In this document: piece by piece, positions 1 to 10,700 of the stretch
Layout of the letters: every line of letters begins with the position of its first letter
How positions within the stretch are numbered: the first letter of the stretch is position 1
NCBI GenBank assembly: GCA_900554385.1
Contig: USHE01000001.1
Coordinates: 1-40,664 of the forward strand
Length of the DNA: 40,664 bases
Origin: an uncultured bacterium
GTDB taxonomy: Bacteria; Cyanobacteriota; Vampirovibrionia; Gastranaerophilales; Gastranaerophilaceae
Reading direction: 5' to 3'
Position numbers and translations under genes: made by a program
The notes under the pieces: generated by a model
Database searches by the model: none
What the model was told of the DNA's origin: nothing
Seen by the model: only the letters and a program-made list of their open reading frames with translations

Positions 1-1
1 T

Positions 2-160
2 TATGGTCTCGTAAGCCTTAAGAGCGGTAAGATTTCTTCACGTAAAGGTAATGTTATTTTTGCTGAAGATCTGCATCGTGAATCAATCAATAAGACAACT
101 AGCATTATTGAAGAGAAGAACCCTGATATTCCTGATAAAGAAGAAGTTGCCAAACAGGTT
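2..160 (+). pseudogene. argS: Arginyl-tRNA synthetase fragment. The 5' part lies off-window and the 3' end is missing. It runs in frame into the next feature.
   Basis: Frame-2 translation is [53 protein letters not shown]. This matches the class-I ArgS region (K)MSTRKGxV ... [18 protein letters not shown] as I recall it from Bacillus-type ArgS. The expected continuation (GxGAxxFxDL ... anticodon-binding end) is absent. Confidence 0.7.
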
Positions 161-766
161 CTGCCGTCAGATATGAGTTTTGATTGGTCCGGAACTTCTG
201 CTCAGGAACGTGAAGCGTCAGGGCAGACTGCTATGATTGTCGGAATGGCACTTGTGTTTGTATATCTGTTTCTTGTCGCGTTGTATGAAAGTTATACAAT
301 CCCGATTGCAGTATTGTTGATTTCGCCTATTGCGGCTTTAGGTGCGCTAATCTTCCAGATGATGATAAATCAGTCCTTTGATATTTATTCTCAAGTTGGT
401 ATGATTACTTTGATAGGTCTTGCGGCTAAGCAGTCAATTTTGATTGTAGAATTCGCCAAAGAAGAACACGAAAAACACGGATTGTCTGTAAGGGATGCTG
501 CGATAAAAGCTGCGAAACTAAGATTTAGAGCGATTATGATGACTGAACTTGCATTTATCATAGGTGTGCTTCCAATGCTTTTTGCAGCAGGTGCAGGGGC
601 TAATTCAAGAATTTCTGTAGGTTCTACCGTGTTTGGCGGTATGATTGCTGCAGCTACTCTGGGTGCTGTTTTAACGCCGGCATTCTATGTTATTGTTCAG
701 GAATTTGTAGATTTGTTCCCTAAAAAAGAAATTACGGAAGAAGATTTGGAGATTTCAGTAAAATGA
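161..766 (+). pseudogene. C-terminal ~200 codons of an RND (AcrB/HAE1-type) efflux permease. More than 800 N-terminal codons are absent and it has no RBS of its own.
   Basis: [16 protein letters not shown]...ALYESYTIP...[18 protein letters not shown]...[27 protein letters not shown] aligns motif by motif with the last four TM helices of AcrB (LPTGVGYDWTGMSYQE...ALYESWSIP...[12 protein letters not shown]...RLRPILMTSLAFILGV). It is in the same frame as the argS fragment with no intervening stop. Confidence 0.85.
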
Positions 767-2286
767 AAAAGGTTATAAAACTACTTTTAATATGTTCGGT
801 ACTTACGCTTACGTCTAATGTATCTATTGCAAAAAATAACAAGGCGGATGTGGAAAAGAATATTGCCAAAAAGCCTGATACTATTCAGATTGTAAAACCT
901 GAAAAAGCGAAAAAGGTTAATAAAAGGCTTGAAAAAAAGAAAAATGCAGAAAATGCAAAAACAAAGCACGAAACTTCCAAAGAAGCGGAAGGAATGTATG
1001 AAACTAAATTCCCTGTGATTAACAGTAAAATTGAGTACGCTGATATGAACGGGGAAGTTACTCTCTCTGACTGCATAAAACTGGCAATTACCCATCATCC
1101 CACAATTATGTCAGCAATTAGTAATTCTGAAATTTATAAATCAAGAATAGGTCAGGCATGGTCAAATTATTTCCCAACTCTTACTGCCGGTGTTAATTAT
1201 TCCAGAAATGACATGTTTATGACAATGAACAGTGCATATATGATGTCAATGAATCAAAAATATAATATGTACTATATGCCAACTCTTTCTGCAAATATGC
1301 TATTATTTGATTTTGGTAAGACAAAAGCTATGGCAGATACGGCTAAGCGTAATTTTGAATCCTCCAGGTATGATGCCGAAACAAGTATCGAACTTGTTAT
1401 TTATAATGTAAAAGTTGCATATTACAATCTGGTATTTGCTGAAATCCAAAAAGCTGTGTATGAAGATACTGTTAAAGATTTTGAATTACAGTTAAAGCAG
1501 GCTAAGGCTCATTATCAGATAGGCAAAAAAGCAAAAATAGATGTGACAACTGCAGAGTATAACCTTGGGAATGCTAAAGTCAATTTGATTAAGGCAAAAA
1601 ACACTCTTGAACTCGCAGCTGCCCAGCTTGCCAATGCTGTCGGAATTCCTGAGCTTGAGGGTGTTGTATTGAAAGATAAATTAAATACGAAAGCTTATGA
1701 GGTTGATTTTAAAAATTTGTTGTCGACGGCAGAGGCTTCTCGTCCGGCACTGCTTTCTTCTAAAAAGAGAATGCAGGCTGCGGAAATGAATGTAAGAACT
1801 TCAAAACGTGCATTTACTCCTAATGTCAGTGCTTTCGGTTCTTATAATCAAGGCGGACGCCAGATTGATACGGATTACGGGTATCAGGTGGGTGTTCAGT
1901 TGAATTATTCAGCATTAAATCTTATGATGTTGAAAAAACAGGTGGATGAAGCTACAGCTACTTATAAAAAGGCAGTTGCCGATTATGAAATGGAAAGACA
2001 AAATGTTTATCTTGAAGTCAAAAGTGCTTATGTAAATCTGCTTAATTCTCATGACAGTATCGGTGTATCAAAGCTAGCTCTCCAACAGGCAAAAGAACGT
2101 CAGTATCAGGCATTTAGAAGATATCAGGTCGGGCTTGGCGATGCTATTGAATTTAAAGATGCGGAAAATACGTATTTGAATGCTCAACTCGATTATTACT
2201 CTAATGTGCTTAATTATAATATTAATGCGGCAGAACTGGAGCGGGTTGTGGGTGCGCCTATAAAGGAATCAAATATTGATTTGTAA
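763..2286 (+). CDS. TolC-family outer-membrane efflux factor with signal peptide and a Lys/Glu-rich N-terminal linker
   Basis: ATGA start/stop overlap with the RND fragment. Signal peptide [23 protein letters not shown]. Two OEP-type repeats with long heptad helices (e.g. [52 protein letters not shown]). Confidence 0.9.
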   Translation: MKKVIKLLLICSVLTLTSNVSIAKNNKADVEKNIAKKPDTIQIVKPEKAKKVNKRLEKKKNAENAKTKHETSKEAEGMYETKFPVINSKIEYADMNGEVTLSDCIKLAITHHPTIMSAISNSEIYKSRIGQAWSNYFPTLTAGVNYSRNDMFMTMNSAYMMSMNQKYNMYYMPTLSANMLLFDFGKTKAMADTAKRNFESSRYDAETSIELVIYNVKVAYYNLVFAEIQKAVYEDTVKDFELQLKQAKAHYQIGKKAKIDVTTAEYNLGNAKVNLIKAKNTLELAAAQLANAVGIPELEGVVLKDKLNTKAYEVDFKNLLSTAEASRPALLSSKKRMQAAEMNVRTSKRAFTPNVSAFGSYNQGGRQIDTDYGYQVGVQLNYSALNLMMLKKQVDEATATYKKAVADYEMERQNVYLEVKSAYVNLLNSHDSIGVSKLALQQAKERQYQAFRRYQVGLGDAIEFKDAENTYLNAQLDYYSNVLNYNINAAELERVVGAPIKESNIDL

Positions 2287-2297
2287 TAATTACACAA

Positions 2298-2330
2298 AAA
2301 TGCAGGTTTTATAAAACCTGCATTTTTATT
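2298..2330. terminator. Bidirectional rho-independent terminator between convergent genes
   Basis: Perfect 11-bp stem aaatgcaggtt (2298-2308) / aacctgcattt (2315-2325) with a 6-nt loop. It is flanked by an A-run and a T-run. Confidence 0.8.
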
Positions 2331-2808
2331 ATAGGCAAATATTGTTTGTTTCAAGTAAAATTTCTTCGAATTTTTGTTTTGATAAAGATATATCCGTTTG
2401 TGTTTTGTTTTCTCCTGAAAAGTCTTTTATAGATATTGTCATCCCGGAATTCTTTTTTATTAATTGGATTATTTCAGAGGATTTTCCCAGATACAAGAAA
2501 GCGTGCGTTTCTTTGTATTGGTCGCAAATGTTTGCAATATCATCCGGATTGTAATTTCCAAAGGTTATATCTTCCAGTTTTTTTGAAAGTTTTGTAATCT
2601 TCTTCTTAGGCATATCCGCATTGGTTAGTATAAACATATTTATAAATTCGCATTTTGAGAAATTTTGTAAAATTCTGATATGTCTTGCTGATAAGATATC
2701 AGGTTCAAACGTGGATTCAAATTCTTCTATAATGTCTTTGTAATCAATAAATATGCATAATTTTTGCTGGTTTTTTATAAGTTCTTGAATGTATTTAAGT
2801 TTTTTCAT
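2329..2808 (-). CDS. Hypothetical protein (159 aa). It has a weak, degenerate HAD-like N-terminal motif only.
   Basis: Long ORF with SD-like aaaggagtt upstream. KLCIFIDYKD loosely resembles HAD motif I, but the DxD nucleophile pair is not intact. I recognise no family. Confidence 0.5.
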   Translation of the reverse strand: MKKLKYIQELIKNQQKLCIFIDYKDIIEEFESTFEPDILSARHIRILQNFSKCEFINMFILTNADMPKKKITKLSKKLEDITFGNYNPDDIANICDQYKETHAFLYLGKSSEIIQLIKKNSGMTISIKDFSGENKTQTDISLSKQKFEEILLETNNICL

Positions 2809-3096
2809 GGTTTAACTCCTTTCAAATACAAGTGCGACAATGTATAGCATACAAAATATGCCGTAATATATTTGTTATACGCGAGGAAATTCAGTTTCCC
2901 CGCACTTTAAATGAATTTTCTATACCCGAAAAACAAAACCATATTATTACTATTATAACATATTTTTTTTAAATATCAAATTGTTGTACAACTAAATTAA
3001 ATTTTTATGCTAAGATTTATTAATATTTTAGAAATAAAAGACAATTAAAATTTTTAGGTCTTTTTATAAGTTTGCAAGCAGTAATCAGGAGAAAAT

Positions 3097-4182
3097 ATGT
3101 CAATTGGTTTTGATTCAGGGTGTAATAATATAAATTTTCAAGGCCGCTATAATTTAAGTAATTACAAAGGTTGCTTAAAAGGCGGAGCAATCGGTGATGC
3201 TCTCGGATGGCCGATAGAATTTCACAGGCTGGCTGATATAAAACGCAAATATGGTCCGAACGGAATTGATGATTTGGTTTTAAACAGCAAAGGCAAAGCT
3301 GAGATTACTGATGATACCCAGATGACAATGTTTACGGCTGACGGACTTATAAAATCAGCACTTAAAAAACTTAATTTGTCTGAAATGCCGGATATGGAAG
3401 ATGTATTCAAATCTTATAAACTCTGGTTAAATACTCAATTTGGCAAAGCTCCAACAAAGAATGAGGGGTGGATTAGCGGGTTGCGGAGTTTATATGCAAC
3501 AAGAGCGCCGGGAAATACGTGTATTTCTGCTATTCGGAGTAATAATCCGGGCAGTATCGCAAAAGCAATAAATAACAGTGCCGGCTGCGGAGGTGTTATG
3601 AGGGTTGCTCCGGCAGGTTTAATGTACAAAGATAATCCTAAATTAGCTTTTAAAGTTGGAGCAGAATGTGCAGCATTAACTCATAGTCATCCGCGCGGAT
3701 ATCTTCCTGCAGGAGTTTTAAGTGAAATGATTGCACACATTGTGAGTGGAAAAAATATTGAAGGTGCTGTTTCTGATACTATGAAAACTCTTAAAACATA
3801 CAGCGGGCATGAGCCTGTTTCTATGTTAATGGAGAAGGCTCAAAGACTTGCAAAATCAAATACAAATCCGTCAGATGCTATAAACGAACTCGGTGAAGGC
3901 TGGGTGGGCGATGAAGCAATTGCAATTGCTTCATATTGTGCGTTGAAAGAACCGAAAGATTTTGTCAAAGCTGTTAAAATGGCGGTAAATCATAACGGAG
4001 ATAGCGATAGTACCGGTGCAATTCTCGGGAATATTCTCGGAGCAGAACTCGGGGTTGAAAAAATTCCGTCCAAATGGGTTAAAAATGTTGAATTGAGTGA
4101 TGAACTTGGACAGCTTGCAAAAGACTTGTTTGTTAAACCGCAAGATATTGAAAATTCAGTAACAAGGTATCCGATAGATTAA
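3097..4182 (+). CDS. ADP-ribosylglycohydrolase (DraG/ARH family) with a ~25-aa N-terminal extension
   Basis: Family motifs GAIGDALGWPIEF, ITDDTQMTMFTADGL and NHNGDSDSTGAILGNILGA (di-metal-binding Asp/Thr clusters). RBS aggaga lies 6 nt upstream of the ATG. Confidence 0.9.
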   Translation: MSIGFDSGCNNINFQGRYNLSNYKGCLKGGAIGDALGWPIEFHRLADIKRKYGPNGIDDLVLNSKGKAEITDDTQMTMFTADGLIKSALKKLNLSEMPDMEDVFKSYKLWLNTQFGKAPTKNEGWISGLRSLYATRAPGNTCISAIRSNNPGSIAKAINNSAGCGGVMRVAPAGLMYKDNPKLAFKVGAECAALTHSHPRGYLPAGVLSEMIAHIVSGKNIEGAVSDTMKTLKTYSGHEPVSMLMEKAQRLAKSNTNPSDAINELGEGWVGDEAIAIASYCALKEPKDFVKAVKMAVNHNGDSDSTGAILGNILGAELGVEKIPSKWVKNVELSDELGQLAKDLFVKPQDIENSVTRYPID

Positions 4183-4496
4183 TCTTTTTTCTCCGGATTA
4201 TCTTTGATGACTTTATATCTTCCTTCGGCTTTAAGTTTACTTAAATATTCATTTTCTTCTTTTAATGTCATTGTTTTCATTTTTTCAATATCTTCCGGAA
4301 AAAATTCTATTTTTTGATATTTGAATTCTAAATTGTTGCAGTCACTTGGGTATGGCTGTTTTGTATTTTTTACGGAATCTTTCGCAGTCGAACGTTCAAA
4401 GGTGTCCGGCTGCTGTTCTTTTAATTTATTCCATTTTGCTTTTTTAATTTTTTTAGGTAATTGTATATTGTTTATAGATGTAATTTTTTTTATCAT
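4179..4496 (-). CDS. Small protein, paralog B (105 aa), unknown family. Second gene downstream of the giant ART protein.
   Basis: SD aaagga upstream. The C-terminal ~55 aa (YPSDCNNLEFKYQKIEFFPEDIEKMKTMTLKEENEYLSKLKAEGRY) are near-identical to the 71-aa ORF just upstream. The N-terminus is basic. Confidence 0.7.
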   Translation of the reverse strand: MIKKITSINNIQLPKKIKKAKWNKLKEQQPDTFERSTAKDSVKNTKQPYPSDCNNLEFKYQKIEFFPEDIEKMKTMTLKEENEYLSKLKAEGRYKVIKDNPEKKD

Positions 4497-4507
4497 AAGC
4501 CCATCCT

Positions 4508-4723
4508 TTAGTTATCTTCGTTTTCATCATCATAAACTACAACGTAACGCCCTTCGGCTTTAAGTTTACTTAGATATTCGTTTTCTTCTTTTAAAGTCAT
4601 GTGCTTCATTTTTTCTACGTCATCCGGAAAAAATTCTATCCTTTGATATTTAAATTCCAGATTGTCGCAATCGCTTGGATATTCTTGTGCTTTTTCTTCA
4701 TTATTATTTTCGTTATCAGTCAT
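4508..4723 (-). CDS. Small protein, paralog A (71 aa), unknown family. It lies immediately downstream of the giant ART protein.
   Basis: SD gaaagga upstream. It starts 12 nt after the toxin stop. Core sequence EYPSDCDNLEFKYQRIEFFPDDVEKMKHMTLKEENEYLSKLKAEGRY with acidic termini. Confidence 0.7.
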   Translation of the reverse strand: MTDNENNNEEKAQEYPSDCDNLEFKYQRIEFFPDDVEKMKHMTLKEENEYLSKLKAEGRYVVVYDDENEDN

Positions 4724-4735
4724 TTTTTATCCTTT

Positions 4736-7700
4736 CTAGTTAGATACAGAACCTTTCAATACCCAGTGTCCATTTTTAAAGTCTATATCAATAATATTAA
4801 TATTGGAATCTTTCTGTAGTAAAAATTCACATTCGCCCTGGTTGTGTCCTTTTACGTTTACACCCTCAAGGAATACTCCCTTAGCTCCTTTTGGGACATT
4901 AAGTTCCCAGTGAATTGAACCTGACCAGACATTAGGGTCAAATGATGTTGACATAAAGCGTTCCTGTGTTGCAGTGAGGTTACCTTTTTTAACCATATTT
5001 TTAACTTTTTCGATTAGAGTATCATCGCCGGTTTGATTGAAGTGGGCAACCGCTTGTGCCATAGCTTTATCCAAAGTTTGTCCGTTAGGGAGTTTTACGG
5101 ATGCAAGCACTTCCGGCCCTTCTTTACGATATACTTTAATTGGTTCTTTTATAACCTGAGTATTAAGGTATGCCTGAACATTATCTATTTCTTGCTTGAT
5201 TTTTGGATTAAGCGGTGTATTGTGTTTCTTTAAATTTGTTAATCCGTTATTTATATCCATATAACCGCTGCCTTTGTAAAAAGCTAAGCTTCCAATCTGG
5301 TTGGCTGTAATCGGTTTTGTCTGTGCAATATTAAATACCGCATCCCAGTGAGCAGGTGTTAAATTGTTGAGACCAAATATCTGGCTGTTTTCAATGTTTC
5401 TGTATAACTGTATAAGAGCGTTCATATCTTTTTGCCATAGACCGATATACTTACCTCCATCCATATTAATCATTTTTGTTATTTTTTGAATATCTAGAGG
5501 GGTGAGAGGTTTTTCTATTTTGCTTATTATACTAGAACCGTAAGAACCGTAAGCGTTATGGTATTGCTGTTTGGTTGCATCGTCAAGTTTTTTCGTGTAA
5601 TTACCATAAGAATCTTGAACAAAGTTGTTCTTAACCAGCAGATTATTAACCTGAACTGCGCTTAATTGCTGTACTTTAGGGGTAGGGTTAAGAGCTTTTA
5701 GGTATTTTTCTTTTGCATCTATCTTATTAAGTAAATTTTCTTTTATCTTTTTATTTGTAGTGAATTGGAGAGCTTGTTTTATGTCGATTAAGTCTTCAGT
5801 TTGTTTGGTAAATGTAATCATTTTTTCAATGGTTGAATGCTTAATATCTGTCATATAATCAAGCATGGACTTATTGCCTTGAGGGGTTGCTTTAATTTCC
5901 TCAAGCATACTTTTTAGGAATTTCTTTCTCTTAAGCAATGCCTCTTTATACTGGGTAAGTCCCATATCGTCTAAGAGTTGTGTGATTGCAGAATCTTTCA
6001 GACTGACAGCTTTGTTCAATGATTTTATCATATCTTCACGTGTCATGTGACTGAAAATCTCTGCAGATTTTGCGTTAATATACGGGTCTAAGAGGGTTGT
6101 TATTTCTGTTGGAATTGACGTATAAGGTTTGTTTGCACCCTGAGCGCGGTAATCAAAAGTTCCGCCTGCGTCAAGTCGGATAATTTTACCGTCAGGTGTT
6201 TTTAGCATATTATCATTGGCTAAGCCGACAACATCCCAGTTCGCAAGCAATACGTCCATACCAAAGCCTTCGTTGGCTTTTGCTGTTGCCTGTGTAACTT
6301 TTGATAATTCCGGTATATATTTACTTAATGTTCCGTTTGTTCCGTCTGCTGCCTTAAAACTGTTCATCTCTGGAACATTAAGTCCTGCCATTTCATATAA
6401 TTTTGTTGCAAGAAGTTCTGTTTTACCCTGTGCGCCTCCGAATTTTGCATAGAAAAGTTCGCCGGTTTCTTTGTTAATTACGTAATAACCTTTATTAGAA
6501 CCGCCTTGAGTGCCGTTTAATATTTCAAACTGGACTTGTTTTCCGTTAATTGTGAATGTTTCTGTTGTGATTGATGTGGCTTTTTTACGTAATTCATCTA
6601 TTTTTTTAGATATAACAGGATCAGAGTTTTTAGCTGTCGGAATATCTTTGACAATAGTTACATCTTTGTGGGCTTCTATTACAAGTTCGCCGTGCTTTTT
6701 GCTTATAATAATATGGTGGCTGGCTATTCCGTCTTCATGTTTACCTATTTGGTATTTAACGTCTGGATAGTGCGTTTTCGGGTTCGTACAGCCTATCGCA
6801 AAGCTTTCCCCTTCTTTTAGGTTATTTATTAAATCTTTTAGCTTTGGATCGTTCATGTCTATAGTAACATTACCCAGTTTTAATTGGTCTACCTTTGACA
6901 AATCAAGAATATAAGGTTTGTATGTTCCGATAGCACCTACTGGTAATTCGTGTCCGAGTAGTTCGGCTGTAATGACATTATCAATATTATTTAATTTTTC
7001 GTTAATTTTTTGGTTATATTCAGCCTGTGAAAGCTTTTTCCCTGGTTCAAGAATTGTTAAGTGGAAGTCGTCGCTTACGCTTTCAAGGTCTGCTTTTGCC
7101 ATAACTTTTGCTAGTGGCAGGTTATCGCCAAACATTTTTACTACATCATCGGCGGACATATTGCCTTTGTTAAATTCTTTAAACCAGTGGTGATTTTCTA
7201 TCAGGTTTAGGATTTTTTCTTTTGTTGATTGAGGGTAATCAAATCTTTCCAGAATTTTTTCTGCGTATTTTTTACTCAATACACTGTGTCCGGTATCTGA
7301 GACACCGCTTCCTTTAAACTGTTTACCCATATCGTGGAGTAATATACTCATTTTAAGGATTTCTTTCGATTCCTGGGCTAAATTCGCTTCATCCGCATAT
7401 TTTAGTGCTTTTTGAAGGTTTTGTAATGTGTGAGAATCAAGGCTGTATGAGTGAACTCCGTTTTGAGGTTTACCAATCATGAACGTAAATTCCGGAACAT
7501 CTTTTATAAATTTTTGAAGTTCTGAATTCATTATTGCATCCGGTAGTTGAATTTCGTTTTGTTTTGCGTATTTGTTTAAAATATCAAGGACATTTTTATG
7601 TGCCTCCGTTTTCGCTTTTGCTGAAAGGTTAGGTATATCAACGAGTTCAAACTTACTGCCTTCCTGCTGGAATTTGATATTCAAATCAGCCATAACAGCA

Positions 7701-10700
7701 TTTCGTTCATTTTCAGGTAAGCTGTCCAGTTGTTTTTTAAGGTCTTTCATGAAATTATCATGTGAATATTTCAGCGGAATGCCTTGTTTTCCGTATTTCT
7801 TAAGATTGAGGTTTTGTAAATTGCTATCAAATGCCGTATCTGTAATAAGTTTTGATTTCGGCTTTTGCGGTGTTATTGTGGGAGTTCCTTCTAATTCTAC
7901 GTTTTTGTTCGCAAAAGTGCTGTATAAATCTTCTGTTTGTCCGAATTTAGCATTATACATGTCGTATTCGTATTTTAACTCATTTAGTTTGTCAGGAGAT
8001 GTACATTCCTCAATTTGTTTTTTCAAATTTGCTGAGTAGACATCAGGTTCAGGAATTTTTGCACCTGCAGGATATTCTGAGAGTGAAATATATCTTTCGG
8101 TAATGACATTATTATTTTTGTCCAGAATTTGTTCTTTTCCTGTTTCAAAATTCTTTTCAACCTGCACATCATTTTTTAATTCTGAGGTTGATTTTATTTG
8201 ATTTTTTTTGTTTTTTACCGTAGATTTTGACGGGGTGGTGCTGTTTCCGGAATTATATTCATATACTGTAGTATCACCTGATTTGTTTTTGATTAAAATA
8301 GGTCTGTCATTTGTATCAAGTGTAATTTTTGTACCGTCTGTTGCGTGTAAAGTTTTTTGTCCTTGTTTATTTGTTTCGGTTTTTATAACCTCAAAATCCA
8401 GCGAATTACTATCTTCAAAGAACGTTATTTTTGAAGGTTTTCCCGGTGTTGGGGGTTCCGGTTTATTGGTACCGTTCGGTGAAGGTGTTGGGGTATCGTT
8501 AGGTTTTGGCGCAGGGGCAGGAATGTCTGCCTCTACTGTTGGTTTATGTGTTTTAATATGAGATAATCTTGAGATTAACAGACCGCTTGCAAAGTCAATA
8601 AATGCATCTGTTTCTCCGTAATTGTCACCGGCAACTTTTGTTACCCCGTAGGAACCTGCCATATTCAAAATTTCTTCAGCAATTTCATTTGCAAGGGCTT
8701 TATTTGTAATGCCAAATGACTGCATAAGTTTAGGCGCAAGTATGCTTGAAGAAACACCGACTCCGGCAAATGACATATTCATCAATGTTTTTCTCATTGT
8801 TTCTTCAACGCTTTTTTTGTCACTAAGGTTTACTGCTGCTGTTGCGATACCTGTATTTATAATTTGAGTTGCAATTTGGGCTTTTTTATTGGTATTTTGG
8901 AGTTTTGTTACGGTTGCTGCTGCTTTATATGCCTTGTTTGCCATATTCGCAATTTTTATACCTTTTGCGCCCCATTTAGCTGCGCTTACTGCAAGTCTTG
9001 CGGCTGCAAGCTGTCCTAAGCCCGGAACAAATTGCAGTGCGACTGTACCGGCAATTTCAAACGCTGCTGTTGTGATTGTATCTGTTAATTGCTGGTTTTC
9101 ATTGAATTTTATAACATCTTTTACTATATCATTTGTTCCATAAGCACTCTTGGTAAGGAGATCCACATCTTTTGTCATTTGGTCAAGAGTTTTTCCGTTC
9201 GCAATTTTATGGTATTCTCGCTGATATGTTTGTTTAGATTCTCTAATGAATGTGTCAAGCACAAATTTTTTATCACTGTCAGATGTGCTTTCAAGACCTT
9301 TGTTCTGTGCATAAGCGGAAATTAGTTCATCAATCTCTGCGTCTTGATAGCCGAAAGCTTTTTTAAGTTCACTTTTCATTTCTGAATAATTCATATTCTG
9401 AGTTTTCTTTTCAAGTCCTGAGAATACTTTATATGAACTGTCAAATGCAGTTGCTGCTTCAAGATTTTCTCGTGCGGTTTGTCTTGCTTGAACTTTTTTA
9501 GGGTCAAATTCTATGCCGAAGATTTCTTTGTATAATTTTTTAAATACTGCTTCATCTTTTTTCTCGGCGGCTTCTGCAAGTTTTTTCACGTCTGCTGCGT
9601 GAGTTCCGAGTTTTTTGTCCATATCATCAATGGTTGTGCAGCCGAAAAGTCCGCAGACCCAATCTCCTGTCTTTGCAGCCCAGCCTTCGGCTTCTCTGGC
9701 ATCTTTGTATGTTTTTTGTGCTTTCTTGTTATTGTCTACAAGTCCGCTGTCTTTTTCATTAACAAAGGTATTCATTGCTTCTGCTGTTGAAACCTCAGGT
9801 GAGTCTTTGCTGACTTTTGTACTTACGGTTGACCCTCGCAAAAAGTCAAGGGCTTTTTCCATTCCTGATGGATTAATACTCCCGAAAGAACTAAATTCTT
9901 CTTTCATGCTTTTGAGAAATTCTGTTCTTGCATGGTTTATATCGCTTTCTTTAACTCCGGCTTTTTTGGCTGCAATAGTCATTTTATCCAGAATGAAATT
10001 TAATGCTTTTTGTCTAGATGCAGGTGAAGAACCTACTTCACTGCAAATTGTGTCTATTAAAGAAGAATCTCCGCTATTTTTCTCTACAACTTTTTCATAA
10101 TTATCCAGTACTTGAATAATATTTTCTTCAGTAATTCGGTTTAACTGGCTTTGGAAAGCTTGTTTCCCTACTGCTGCCGCATTATCATCACATGCTTTAT
10201 AGAGATTTTCGGCAATATCTTTTGCTTCTTTGTTTATTCTTATCTTTTTATTTATTTCTTTAATTTCTTTTTGTCTGTTTGTAATTCTATTGTACGTTTC
10301 ATCAGAAACTCCGGCAATAACTTTTTTGCCTTGAAGTTCTCCGTTTTTTACGTTCGGGTTATGCTTTTTGAGTTCTTCAACGCGAAGCTGCATTTCTCGA
10401 TCTGAAGGGTTTTCGTTGCCTTCTTGTTTGAAAAGTTGTTTTGCCAGTGCTTCAAATGTTTTTTGTCCTGCTGTAAAGGTTATGGTTTTTCTATTTGCAG
10501 CTTCATCACGAAGTCGTTTATCTTCTTCTTCTTTTTGCTCACGTTCAATCGCATCTTTTGTGTAATCTGCAATAGTTTCTTCTTTACTTTTTCTTCCTCG
10601 CAAAGCCATATCGTCGGCTTCTAATTCTCCGGGAATTTTAATTTCTTCACCGACAATAAAATATTTTGAATTTCCTTTTGTCTTAATTTTTTCTTCATTA

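Noticed and set aside
787-1098. Antisense or alternative-frame ORFs inside well-supported genes. Examples: 787-1098(-), 885-1076(-), 2342-2554(+), 3222-4143(-) set, 5033-11591(+) set inside the giant gene, 16388-16792(+), 17377-18375 set, 21166-22567 set, 25393-28576(+) set, 29742-30038(-), 34070-34387(-), 35278-35569, 36283-36771(-), 38853-39154(-), 39819-40103(-), 40205-40390(-).
   Set aside because: They are shadow ORFs on the opposite strand or in another frame of genes with strong homology. Their translations are low-complexity and Phe/Leu/Ser/Cys-rich, as expected from AT-rich antisense sequence. They have no RBS.
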